Positions 12,640-24,700 of a DNA stretch of 64,000 nucleotides are shown in pieces; positions within the stretch are counted from its first letter, which is position 1, and every line of letters starts with the position of its first letter. Below the pieces are notes generated by a model that saw only the letters and a list, made by a program, of their open reading frames with translations, did no database searches and was not told where the DNA came from. This DNA is from Callorhinchus milii. Its lineage: Eukaryota. A program made the translations under genes and the position numbers. Location: contig NW_024704742.1 of NCBI RefSeq assembly GCF_018977255.1, positions 122,576,001 through 122,640,000 of the forward strand, read 5' to 3'.

Positions 12640-13088
12640 GGGAGAGACTGCGTACTTCATTCCAGTCACAGGTGTACATGTGTAGATACGAAATGTTGGG
12701 CAAGTTTCCTTACTCCACACGCCGATGTTTACCTAGCAGTAAGTAGGAACCCAGTTGTTAGTCGATTGGCGGATTGCTGTTCCGGGGGTAATAATCCCTT
12801 CACAAAAATAAATAATAATAATTTGGTCACTTAATCCACTACTATTTGTGGGACACTGTTGTGTGCAATTGGCTGCCGCGTTTCGCCCACAAAAATATAT
12901 AGTCTATTCACTTTACAGTATATTCTGTGAAGCGCTTTGAGACATCTCGAAGATGTGATAAGGCTCTATATCAAATGCAAGGATTATTATTATTATGTAC
13001 ATGTACTTATTTGGAAATCATTCTGGTTTGGAACTCTTGAACATCGTGATAGGTTTCCACATGTGTCAGACACTTGGGTGACCAAAAT
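12640..13088. mobile_element. MITE family A end, interrupted by a SINE at 12695-12996
   Basis: Terminal segment ggtttccacatgtgtcagacacttgggtgaccaaaa is shared with 25581-25625 and 42404-42440. Confidence 0.6.
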
Positions 13089-13621
13089 GTTTGTAATGTT
13101 GAACATATGTTTTACAAAACTGTAGAGCTGCTTCAGAAAAAATGATCAGATGAACTACCTTTCACGACTGAGAGATAGCTTTGAATTTCTTTTTCCTCAG
13201 CGGCCATCAATCTGCTGAGGAGATTTGGAATGCAATATATTTGTGCCAACAAGTCTCTGTAGAGGAAGTATTGAATTTGCTGACAACACCATTTTAATCA
13301 AGTTTAATACACTAATCTGAAACAATACATTTTCCTGCTTCCACAATGTCCAACGTTGGGAATTAATGCATGTACCTCAATACGTTGCTGATTGACTTTT
13401 CTTTGGTGCAATAAAGGGCAATGTTATTTCCTCATTCTGCTTCTTTGTTCATTATGTTCATCATTCTTCTATTACTGTATTGAAAATTGTATTGCAAAAG
13501 TAATACAGTGTTATGCAGTTTGTTAAAACGGATTTGTTTGGCCTTTGCATCTAATTTGCTTGGCCAAAGCATTAAAGTGGACATACTTGTATTGTTTTAT
13601 CCTTAGGTCCATAACAAGTGT

Positions 13622-14137
13622 CTATTCCCTTGGAATAATATAAATATCGTCTTCTTCAATATATTCATTGTGAGGACCTCTATAATTGTAATACAATGAA
13701 TCCTCCACTGATTCGTCATTGCCATAAATGTGGTTGCTATATTCTTCGGCCTGGACATCGTCAAATTGTTGAGGGTCTATAGATGAGAATGATTCCTTCA
13801 AATCATCTCCTTCCATTGGGTTAAGAGGACCAATTGTGATGTTTGCATATGGATGGGAATACTTTGAATATAATACATTGTTGATCGATGAATCGATTGA
13901 GTTGGAAAACTGCTCAGTTGTGCAACTGGTTGCCACTTGATTGCAGAAAACCTGATCATCTAGCTGAAATGACACACGCTTGCTGGTTCTGTTAATTCTG
14001 AACTTCCTCATTCTTGGTAAATGTAAGCCATTTGAACGGACACATACGCAGTACCAGATGAAGAATCCAGCAATGGCAATCAGCAACAAGGGGACAGTGA
14101 TTGATACGGCAATAATATTTAATCTGTAGTTATCCAT
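13622..14137 (-). CDS. GAPT: GRB2-binding transmembrane adaptor (GAPT-like), single coding exon, 171 aa
   Basis: ATG at 14137 in strong Kozak context (attATGG). Short ectodomain, TM helix IIAVSITVPLLLIAIAGFFIWY, juxtamembrane CVC, four YxN motifs (YAN, YSN, YGN, YYN). C-terminus HIYGND...YYNY...EDDIYIIP matches human GAPT HIYGNE...YYNF...EDIYILP as I recall it. Head-to-head with PLK2, as in human. Splice acceptor with pyrimidine tract at 14185-14186, just upstream. Confidence 0.85.
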   Translation of the reverse strand: MDNYRLNIIAVSITVPLLLIAIAGFFIWYCVCVRSNGLHLPRMRKFRINRTSKRVSFQLDDQVFCNQVATSCTTEQFSNSIDSSINNVLYSKYSHPYANITIGPLNPMEGDDLKESFSSIDPQQFDDVQAEEYSNHIYGNDESVEDSLYYNYRGPHNEYIEEDDIYIIPRE

Positions 14138-14900
14138 AATGAGAGTGAGAATTGCGAGTATTAAACTCTGAGACAAATTAATATCTGACAATAGAAGCAA
14201 ACAAGAAATTGCGTTATGCAACATCAAATTCTACATCAATATTATACCTGTAATTATCTTTATCCTTATTCATATTATTCAGCAGTACAGACAATAGAAC
14301 TGTGGTGGTGCCACAATAACTAATGCTTATATGAAATTATATGAAAACAATTAGAATTCCCCTCCCCTCAGCATTTAATCCTCACAGTTTAGCTTAATTT
14401 GGGAACACTGCAGAAATTTGCAGGTGCTTAAACTGCATCATATTATTCAGTGAAACATTCATAGGATTTGTTTTGAATTTATCTGTGCTAAGGCACCTGG
14501 AGTGGGCATAATCTATCTCCTCTGCTACTTCACCTGTTCTTTCCTCTGACAATGTTGTTTGCTGGTGTTGCTTGTGATAACACACAGCAGCAATTCTGAA
14601 TGGCTTTATTCTGTATAGAATCTATTGCAGTGAGGAACATATACTGTAATGGTTAATTTCTATGCCTTTCTCTCAGTACTCCAAAAAGAAGTGGACAACT
14701 TGTTCCCCTGGTTAAGTCGAGAAGTGATTTTAAAATTGTATCCAGCCTTGGTGAGACAACATACGGATTTTGAGTGCCGCATATCCTTACTGATCTCCCT
14801 ATTTTACAAAAGATATTCATTAATAGCAAGGGTTTCTACATTGTGCCTAACTCAGTTGGTAGTATTTTCGCATTCTTCAGTTATGCATCTTCATTTAAAA

Positions 14901-15290
14901 GAGGAGTCCTATAATTCAGTGGTTAGAGTTACAGGACTCCTGAGAATACTCTCCTCGTGAGCGAGAGACCTGGGTTTAATTCCCAATAGGTCAAAGCATT
15001 GGGCAAATTTTCTTACTCCACACGCTTCTGTTTACCTAGCAGTAAGTAGGAACACGGTTAGTAGTTGATTGGTGGATCGCTTTTCTAGCGTTAATAATTC
15101 CTTAAAAAAATAATAAATTGGTCACTCAATCCACAATTGTTTGTGGGACACTGTTGTGCTCAATTGGCTGCCGCATTTTGCCCACAAAATATAGTCAATT
15201 CACTTTACAGTATATTGTGTGAAGGGCTTTGAGACGTCGCGAAGACATGATAAGATGCTATATCAAATGCAAGAAGTATTATTATTATTA
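14901..15290 (+). mobile_element. tRNA-derived SINE, long subfamily
   Basis: Same head and tail as the short SINE plus an extra segment ctgtttacctagcagtaagtaggaac...; also at 12695, 25845 and 37885. Confidence 0.85.
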
Positions 15291-16269
15291 TAAAACAAGC
15301 TCAGTTTTTTGAGTTTATATGTCCCAGAATCATCATAGTCACTTTTATCTGGACCCTTTCCAGTAAGTGTATTAAAGGTAGGATACTCAAAATGTCTTTA
15401 AGATCCATCTCAGTAAATGATTTGTCTTGAAGCAGTGATTATAAATAATGCAACAAAATATTATTTATTTTCAGCCTTTGCTAAAGGATACCCTTTATAA
15501 TAGATATGCTTGTTGTCCCTTTATTTAGCTTCAGTTGATCCATTTGCCACCTATTACTTAAAACGCACTCCTCTAGTACACAAGGCAAGGTACACAACTT
15601 CAATGCAATTCATCCCTTTATATTCTCAGTAAAAGAGGACCACCTCTGTATTAATATTTACAATGGAAGTTTGATATTGGTAGAAGGGAAGAGAGTTTCT
15701 CTTAGAGTCCTGGCCAACAAACTATCAAACAAATTGATCATTCACCTGCGGGCTATATGTGGGACATTGCTATGTGCAAATTAGCTTCCGTGTTTGCTCA
15801 CAAATACAGCATTACACTTAACAGTAATTTTTGTACAGGCCTTTGAGACCTTTCGACACTACAGACACTGTATCAAATGTGATTATTATTGTTATAATGG
15901 GTAAAACTGATTATTGTAGTTTATCCCTTTTGACTAACTTGAATTATAAAGACAGAATACCAAACGCTCTTTTCTGTTCTTCACAGATTAGCCTTACTTT
16001 GTATTTGGAAAGTAACTCTAATGGTTGAAATCTACTGAATATCCAATGCTCACAAACTCCATGATGATTTCCTGAAACGCTTGAGATTCCTCAGAGAAAA
16101 TCATTTTCAAACTGAAATAAGGAGCAAAACTCAAAGGGTAAGCACGGATAGATCAACTCTTTTTTCATATTATTAATATGCCAATTGTTTTGCCCTTAGA
16201 AGTAAAAATCCACACTTAACTAAATGTTTGCAGAGATAGAAAAGTCTAGAGACCAGTCAACTTGCTTAC

Positions 16270-16475
16270 CTTTCAGTGAAAGAGAGGCAGTCGTCTTATG
16301 ATTGTTTGTGATAATTCAGTAGGTCACAGAACAGTCCAAGTGCAAGAAAACTCTAGCTGTGAAGAACTATATACTTTAGCATGAAAAATGACCATATACA
16401 TGACCAAACGGATCTTGTAACCACAGAAGGAAATCAGTTATCTCTTTGATCGGAGCTCAGAGTATTTCCTCATTC
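16270..16475 (-). promoter_or_regulatory. Candidate GAPT non-coding first exon and promoter
   Basis: Minus-strand donor AAAG|GTAAGC at 16270/16269 and TATATA box at about 16368-16373. RUNX AACCACA 16419-16425, ETS AGGAAA 16428-16433, MYB CAGTTA 16435-16440, GATA TTATCT 16438-16443, TCF/LEF CTTTGAT 16444-16450, PU.1-like ATTTCCTC 16464-16471. Confidence 0.55.
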
Positions 16476-16914
16476 AAAAAGGCTCAACTGCAAATTTTAA
16501 ATTATTCAATGCCTCTGGCTTGTTTCATTAATCTGTGAATTTTAAGTATGACCAATTAAACGCAAAACGATTCTAAAAGAATGAGGCGGTGATTTTAAGT
16601 GTAGCCATTTTAAGAAGATCAAATGTTGCATAGAAGTTCTAAGGTCTGTTTGCTGGGTTCTGCCATGCGGTCAGCCAGGTGTTAGATGCACACGGAAATA
16701 TGTCACCATACTGTACAGTATCAAAACTGGACTACTGACAATACTCTTTATGTATTAACATTTCAGTTTGTGTGAATGGAGCCCACACTTTTTTCCGAGA
16801 AGAATCTAAACCCTAATCCAAACTAATAAATGCAGGATGAGAAGAGCCAAAACTTGGGTCCTCAGAATATGCATTGGGGTATTGCGGGAGCTTTACGAGT
16901 TAAAACCAACAACC

Positions 16915-17930
16915 CACAACAACAATAACAACTTGGATTTATATAGCGCCCTCCACCCCGGATGGCGTCTCAGAGCGCTTCACAGTAACGGATCCCGGGG
17001 CCGAGCCAGGGGGAGGGGGAGGAAGGTGACCAAACGCGCGGTCAAAAAGAAAGGTCTTAAGCCGAAACCTGAAAATAGGAAGAGAGAAAGTGAGACGAAG
17101 GGAGCGAGGAAGGGAGTTCCAGAGCCTTGGGGCGTAGTGGCTGAAGCCACGGCCGCCGATGGTGGAGTGGAGGATTCGGGGGACGAGGAGGAGGCCCTAC
17201 CCGGTGGAGCAAAGGCAACAGGTACTGTTGTGAGGAGAGAGGAGGTCAGAAAGGTAGGGGGGGTGCAGAGGAGTGCAGGGATTTGAAGACAAGAGTGAGG
17301 ATCTTGAAGTCGATCATCTCTGGGACAGGCAGCCAGTGCAGTCTAGGGTAATCGGGGAGTGGAGTTTGGTGCGGATAAGAATACGGGCGGCAGAGTTCTG
17401 GATGACCTGGATTTTATGGATGGTAGTGGAGGGGAGGCCGGTGAGGAGGGCATTTGAATAATCCAGCCGAGAGGTGACAAAGACATGAACTAGGGTTTCA
17501 GCGGCTTTTGGGCTGAGGTATTGACGGAGACGGACGATACGTCACAGGTGGAAGAAGGCGGTGCTGGTGAAGGACCGGATGTGAGGGAGGAAGGATAATT
17601 GGGAGTCGAACCTGACGCCTAGGTTGCGTACGGGTTTGCAGAGTTTTAGGGGGACGTCGGGTAGGTGGAGGAGGTGAGAACCACACGATTTAAGATGATG
17701 ACGAGAGCCAGAGTATGGCTTCCGTCTTGTCAACATTTAGCTGAAGGAAATTCACGCTCATCCAGCTCCTGATGTCTGACAGGCAGGCTGACAGAACATC
17801 CGAGGACTGGGGGGTCGCAATGTGAGGTGGAAAAATAGAGTTGGGTGTCGTCTGCATACATGTGGAAGTGTACCCCGTGTCTGCGCATGACATCCCCAAG
17901 AGGGAGCATATAGATTAGGAAGAGGAGGGG
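16915..17930 (-). mobile_element. L2 LINE fragment (RT), nested in a MITE family A copy
   Basis: [30 protein letters not shown] (YADD catalytic motif), [25 protein letters not shown]. Confidence 0.92.
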
Positions 17931-19616
17931 GTAAATGGTAAACACTGACTGGGCAAGCATTCTGCCGTTTGTCCATCTAGGTCCACCCTTCCTACTAGGG
18001 TTTGGCTTCCAGGGTTAACATGAGTGGGAAGAATCCCCGTATCTTTCTTCTCTAACATGTAATTTATAATATTTACTCACTAGTTATGCACAAAATCACA
18101 CACTAACTTCATGGTAACTTGTGAGACATTGCTGTGTCCAAACTGGCTGCCCTGTTCACCTACAAATGCAGTCGTTACATTTTACATTTTACAATTAAAA
18201 AATCCTGTGAAGCTCCTTGAGGCGTTTTGACAACTGATAAGGAGCTACATCAAACATAAGGTTTATTATTGTTGGATTCAGAGACAAGGTAATTTTGCAC
18301 TTTTAATGGGTTTAGCTCAATAATACTAGCCTGCTGCAGATTATTCAAGTTAGACTTCAGACTTCTCTAAAACTAGCTTGACTCTGCTGAATGAGGTTTG
18401 AGCAGGCTGCTAAGTGCACAGATAATTTAGATGTAAAAACACAAGAAAGAATATGTATTTTTATAGATCCCGGTTGTACCAAAATATTCAACTTGATACT
18501 TTTTGTGGTAATTTATATTCGGTCAGCAGTAACCCATCACCATGCTTAAGAGTATTCAAACCAAACTGAGAATTCCGTGTATCCCACCTATACATAAGAA
18601 ATTCCAGGGATTAGATTGTTGGAATGAAATGCACACTGTCTGCCTGGAAGGACACATCCACTTATCTAATTACAGAAAGTATTAGGAAAGTCATGGGAAC
18701 CCCAGACTGTGCGTTGAGGTCAAACTGAGGTTTAGCTGGACTCGTTTTTAAAGGGGAAGATTTCCTGTGCCTAGTGTCTGGTTACTGTCATTGGCTATTA
18801 GCTTAGTGTAGTTGGTAGCAATCTTGCTTTTTAGTCAAGAGGCTGTGGGTTCAAGCCACACATCAGAACTGTGAATTCTTTAGCTGGGATGACGCTAATG
18901 CATTACTACTGGAAATTGCTGGGATTCCAAAAATTGCGTTGCATTATGGTATAGTGACTTTGTATTTGGGGGTGACCATGACAGTCAATTAGCGCACAGC
19001 AATATAAACACAAATGGCATGAAGTGATTGAACAATTTTATCAGGGGATTGTTGAGCATTTAGCTCAAGCAGCTAAATTCACAGCTTTGCTGTGCACAAA
19101 TTGCCAGCTGTGCATGTCTACAAATGTGCAGTCACTCTCTTTACAGTAAATTGAAGTGCTTTAAGAGGTTCTCACTGATATAGGTACTGAATCAAAAAAA
19201 TATTATTGCACAAAATCTCAGAAAATTCTCTTCTCATCTAAGGGGCTTATATTTAGAACCGTTTCGAGCTGTCAGCTCTTCGGGGCTTGTGTCAGCTTTT
19301 CTGAAAGTGTTGATCAGTGCTAATTCCTCCATATTTCTGCTAGGTCAACATGTCTGTTTGTTGTAGTGCAGCATTCCACCTTGACAAGTGAACCTGAACA
19401 TATCTGTCTTAGCCTTGCAACATCAATGCAAACCAATAGGTCTGTACTGGAGGTCTCAACCTTAGTGTGTTCGAGATAAAGTGAGTATAATCATAATACT
19501 CACTTGAATAATTAACCTTCACTAAAAAACAATTGGGTAACATTTCATGTTTTTTTTTAGATTAGCACCAGTGCGAATTATCAGGATAGCTTTATCACAT
19601 AAATCTGCTGTATTTA

Positions 19617-20250
19617 TTTTGGTCAGGCAAGCGCTTGACATAGGCAGAGGTAGATCACCATGCTCGAGAGTTGAGAAACTAGATTGTAAATTCTACATAT
19701 ATGTGGAAATTTCCCTGTATCTGGAATGGAATGCGCACTCCTTATAATAATAATCCTTGCATTTGATATAGCGCTTTTCACGTCTTCTAGACGTCCCAAA
19801 GCGCTTCACAGAATATACTGTGAAGTGAATTGACTGTATATTTGTGGGCGAACGCGGCAGCCAATTGCGCACAGCAATGTCCCACAAACAGTCGTGGATT
19901 GAAAATGACCAATTTTTTTTTTTTTTTGGAGGGATTATTATTAGGTGTGTGGAGTAAGGAAACTTGCCCAAGGTTTTGCCCTGCCTGGAATTGAACTCAG
20001 GTCTCTCACTTGCAAAGCGAGTGCTTTAACCACTGAGCTACAGGACTTCCCTGTTGTCCTAAATTCAGAGCGTATTAGGTGCAGATCTGCAAGAGCTGGG
20101 ACTTGGGGACTCTGAAATGTGTGTAAGGATACAGTTAGAGTTTAACCAACTAACACAGCTTGTTTTTGAGAGCACTGTCAGGCAAGCTTCCTGAGGCTTG
20201 TCCAGCTAAGATTACCCTAGCCTTTATGGCTTTGGCTCGCAGGGTTAACA
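19617..20250. mobile_element. MITE family A copy with a young SINE inserted at 19743-20048
   Basis: Begins ttttggtcagg; internal part shared with 18518-18745, 17940-18040 and 41140-41360, and in reverse complement with 25040-25330. Confidence 0.55.
19743..20048 (-). mobile_element. Young tRNA-derived SINE (short subfamily)
   Basis: Near-identical to 1927-2247. Confidence 0.9.
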
Positions 20251-21540
20251 TATAAATATTCTAAAAGGAGCCAACTACAGGTGTATGGATAAGAGGGGAA
20301 AAAATGGGACTAAAATGCTTGCGCTATATAAATCCAAGTTGTTTGTTGGAACCGGCACAGACAAATTTGGCCGAATGGCCTTCTTGTGAGCCGTGAATGT
20401 CTATGGAAGGGTATGAGAAGGTATGGGGAAAGAGTGCGAAATTGGAATTCGGGTGAATACCTTCTTGAAGGAGAAAACACTGACACAAAAAAGTAAATTG
20501 AATGGCCTCCAAGTGTGTCATACATTTTCATGGTTCTTTAACATACACTTCACTTCTAGTAAATTTAATTCTGTAATGCTCTTCACATAATTTCTTTAAC
20601 ACGAAGGGAGAGGAATTATTATTTTCTCTTCTCCATTAGCCCTTTGTGATGCCATAATGTTGAACTCTAGGCAGAGTTTGGAGTTGGTTTGTCCAATTAT
20701 CTTCCTACACAAGGTATATGTCTACACCATCAATGCCCTAACCTTGAAGGAATTTGGGGTTTGTTTCATGCTCTGATAACTAATTAGGTATTTTTGCCCA
20801 AAAGATACATAGTCAATCCACTTTACAATATATTCTGTGAAGCTTTTTGGGGCATCTCAACAATGTGGTAAGGCGCTTGGGGTCAAAAAACAAAACAATC
20901 TCTCGATAAACACAGAAGACGTCTTCCCAATAGATAACCATCTCTTATCTTCTTGTGATAGACGGTTGTGTACCAGCTCTCATATAATGATAGAAATCAT
21001 GCATTAATAGTTTTCGTCCTCATTAGTGCACAGGAAGGGATGACGTATCTTTTGAATGTTGTACCGAGCACGTCAAGGACATACTTCTCAGAGGTCCAGC
21101 ATTCATCCTGTATATAATTGCCAGGTGTCGGGTACAATAACAGGATAATCAATAGAATGAAGATCCTCTCATTCTTTACCCGAGGTTGGGAGTAAACAGT
21201 CTCTTTTATCAAGGACCACCCATCAACAACAGCAACAAGACGATTACATTTGTATAGCGCCTTTAATGTCGGGAGGACGTCCCAAGGCACAAAAGGCTTT
21301 TCTCAGAATCAGCAGAGAGCCAGTAGGGCTCTCAGCTGCTGCAAAGCTAGCAATATGTTTTGACTATTTTAGTTTCCTTACAATCCCTGGTTTGACTTTC
21401 GACTAGTTAACTAGTCAAGTGTCACACTTTTCTTTGCGTTACTCATGCCTGCCTCACTTATGTTCATGGTCTTTTCACAGCTGCCTTACCCATCTTCCCA
21501 TTTGGCTTTGACAACCAATTCTTTGCACTTCCCAGAGTTC

Positions 21541-23235
21541 CAACGACAACAACATTGCATTTGTATAGAACCTTTCATGTCAGGAGGATGTCCAAGCACT
21601 GGACAGTCAGTATTTCGAACCCGAGCTGGGGGTTGGGTTGGGGAGGGTGGAGGGTGACCGAAGGCACGGTCGAAGAGGAGGGTCTTGAGATGGGTCTTGA
21701 AGGAGGCATGTGAGGGGGTGAGGTGGAGGGATTGCGGGATGGAATTCCAGAGAGTGGGGGCAGAGGGGCTGAAGGCTTGCCCGCCAATAGTGGGGCGAGT
21801 GAGGCGGGGGATGTAAAGCAGGCTGAGTGGAGGGAATGGGCAGGTTGGTAGGGGGTAAGGAGGTTGCAGAGGTAGCGGGGAGCAAGGCCATGGAGGGCTT
21901 TGAAGATGAGGACCAGGATCTTGAACTATATCCTCTATGTGATGGGAAGCCAGTAGAGTCAGGCGAGGATGGGGGTGATAGGATCACGGAACCTGGTGCG
22001 GAAGAGGACATGGGCTGCAGAGTTCTGGATGATCTGCAGCCTATGGAGGGAGGAGTTGGGATGGGCAGCAAACAGGGAGTTTGCGTAGTCAAGCCTGGAT
22101 GTTAAGAATGCATTTATGAGGGTTTTGGCAGCCTGCGATGTGAGACAGTGGCGGATCCAGGCAATATTGCGCAGGTGAGGGAAGGCAGAGAGCGTCATGG
22201 CATGGATGTGAGATACAAAGGATTGTTGAGGGTCCAACAAGACATCAAGGTTCCGGACTGGCTCAGCAAGGTGGAGTGTGCATCCATGGATGGTGATCCT
22301 GTCAGCGCCTGAGGTGTGGAGGCACTGACGGGAACCAATCAGGAGAGTCTCAGTCTTGTTGACCTTCAACTGAAGAAAGTTAGCTCTCATCCTAGACTTG
22401 AGCCCCGAGGAACACCGCATGCGATGGTTCGGGAACTAGAGGAGAAACTGTTTGTGGAGTTGAAGTGGAAACGGTGTGAGAGGTAGGATTTGAACCATTG
22501 AAGGACAGAACCATGAAGGTTGAGGTGAGAGGAGAGGCGGTGGAGGAGGATAGAGTGGTCAACGGTATCGAAGGCAGCAGAGAGGTCAAGGAGGATGAGG
22601 AGACAGAGGGAACCCTGGTCGTAGATGGACAGAATCTCAATTGTCACTTTGACCAAAGCTGTTTCTGAGCTGTGGGCAGCACGGAAATCCGATTGGAGGG
22701 GTTTGTGAAGGGAGTGGTGGGAGAAGAAGGAGTGAAACTGGGAAGTAACGACTCATTCCTTGGAAAGGAAAGAAAGGTTGGAGATTGGGGTTAGTTTGAG
22801 AGCAAGAATGGGTCCAGGGAGGGTTTTTTAAGGATAGGAGTGATGACAACCGTTTTTAAAGGGGTGGGAACAGTGCCAGTGGACAGGGAGACGGTTATGA
22901 TGTCTGTGAGTAGAGGAGCGAGGAGGTGGACCTGGGAGGTAAGGAGAGGGTTAGGGATGGGGTCGAGGGAGCAAGTGGTCAGTTTCATGTGGGTTATAGT
23001 GGTGGTGAGAGAGGATTGGGATACGGGTTCAAAGGTGTGGAGAGAAGGATGGGTAGGGGCCGAGATGTGAGGGGGAGAGGGGGAGCTGATAATAGACGGA
23101 AGGGCAGAGGCGACTGATCCCCTCGACTTTGGTTTTGAGGACGTCCAGCAATGCCTTGCAGTTAGCGTTGGAGGAAAGGATAGGCGAGGCGTGAGAGGCT
23201 GGGCAGAGGAGCTAGTTGGTGATGGTGATGGAGTT
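21541..23235 (-). mobile_element. L2 LINE, about 1.7 kb 3' portion of ORF2 with internal deletions
   Basis: TTCSLDPIP, ITPILKKPSLDP, LILLDLSAAFDTVDHSILL, GVPRGS, FLQLKVNKTE, SRLDYANSL; (ttg)n tail. Confidence 0.93.
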
Positions 23236-23499
23236 AGCACTCAATCGCCACCACTCTCCCCCCAGGAGCATATATAATACACGTGCCAAACTTTAACACT
23301 ACACTTACAATTCATCTGTATTAATTTGTACATAGCTTTGTTCGCTCTGAACAATGAAACCTCTCAAAATATCAATGCCTTGAGTTTCCAACTTAGACAC
23401 CTTCTTGTTAATCATCTACGCCAGCAGCAAATGTTTAGCCACAAAACAATAATCAATACAAACTGAGTTAACAAAAACCTTAAAGATGAACTAAGCAGG

Positions 23500-24700
23500 A
23501 GTACCTTCTATTTGTAACTTGGGATCTCCTTTGGTAAATAATTCAGTTTCTTTTCTGCTTTCTCTATACTGTTGCTAATGGTAATACGATGCATGTTTTA
23601 ATTTAATGATATAATGCTTCCTGCTTTGCTGGTTGTTATCTGCGGCTTACTCCCTTTTTTTTAAAAATGAGCCTTTACTTTAACAATCTTAAGCGAGCCG
23701 TTGTGGGGTTCAGCTAGTTGGAGGATATGTTTGAGACTTTAGAGGTTTTGAATCAGACCTTTTGAATCTTCCTATTAATCCACTCATATTTATAATTTTA
23801 CCTGAGGAGTGTTGTGACTGTTCAGGTTGCTCTTCTTGAAGAATAGCTAGTTATGGAAGCATTTGATTTGACCAATAATATGCATGAGTGGCCTCACTGT
23901 TGGCTGTCCCCAAATGTCAGTCGAAGGGGTTCAACGTACACCACGGAGGCCTGAGATCCTCCTCAGAGTCTGGAGAGGCTTTGGCGGCTGTTAGACTATA
24001 GTTCCCTGATGCATTTTAGAGCTTGTATTTCTTTTAGTAATTCTCCATATGTGAGCCCTTCACGGCTGCCTGGCCAATTACCATGACCACCTCTATACTG
24101 TCCCTGGTATGCATCTCAATGGAACTTTCAATGATTGTTAGCGAAATAGCCCTAGTTTTGATAATCCTGATAGTCTTGGCCTCTCCCATCTCCCCAAAGG
24201 ATTAAATGAGAGCGGTCTATAGCCCTTGTTTAGCCAAGTGGGTTCAATTTGTTTTTGATCAATTTGCTTTTCAAGATTAAAATTAGTTCTTGTCCTTTGG
24301 CTGGCAAATTGCTGCTACCTTTTCTTTTTTCTCTGGCTTTTTGTACCGGGATGCCTAAAATATCTGCAAGGAGCATTTTATAAATTTAAGGCTCTATGCA
24401 GCTATGGGAGCAAACATCCTATTAATATTTTTGCCCATTGAGTTTGCCACTTGGCAGCCAAGTTTGGTTGGCTTAGGGCTCCATCCTGTGTCTGATTAAT
24501 GGTTTGTGGTTTTAAAGCTGAAACAGAAGTTCTTCCAGCCAGTGGCTTTATAGCTAAAATGGCGAAGCCTTGCAGTACCCCGAGACGTAAAAAACAACCA
24601 TACCTTGAGCACACAATTTTCTGATTGAAAAGCAATGAGGCACGCATGAGAGAAGCACCACTGGAGGAGATCAACTCATTTCTTATCCAAAAAGGGGAGG
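23500..24700 (-). mobile_element. Decayed endogenous-retrovirus-like internal sequence (RNase H remnant, possible gag/pro upstream)
   Basis: Minus-strand frames at about 23770-23600 read RFKRSDSKPLK / LKHILQLAEPHNGSLKIVKVKAH / AAD / AKQEAL, a frameshifted retroviral-type RNase H C-half; upstream boundary uncertain. Confidence 0.55.

Noticed and set aside
14138..14227. N-terminal 30-aa extension of the GAPT ORF in the ORF track
   Set aside because: It overlaps a pyrimidine tract and AG acceptor at 14185-14186; the ATG at 14137 has a strong Kozak context and gives the short ectodomain typical of transmembrane adaptors
21010..21035. Minus-strand CTAATGAGGACGAAA resembling a hammerhead ribozyme core
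   Set aside because: The core differs from CTGATGA, stem II is too short and I could not find stems I and III. Other CTGATGA hits (41375, 49174, 50463) also lack the architecture.
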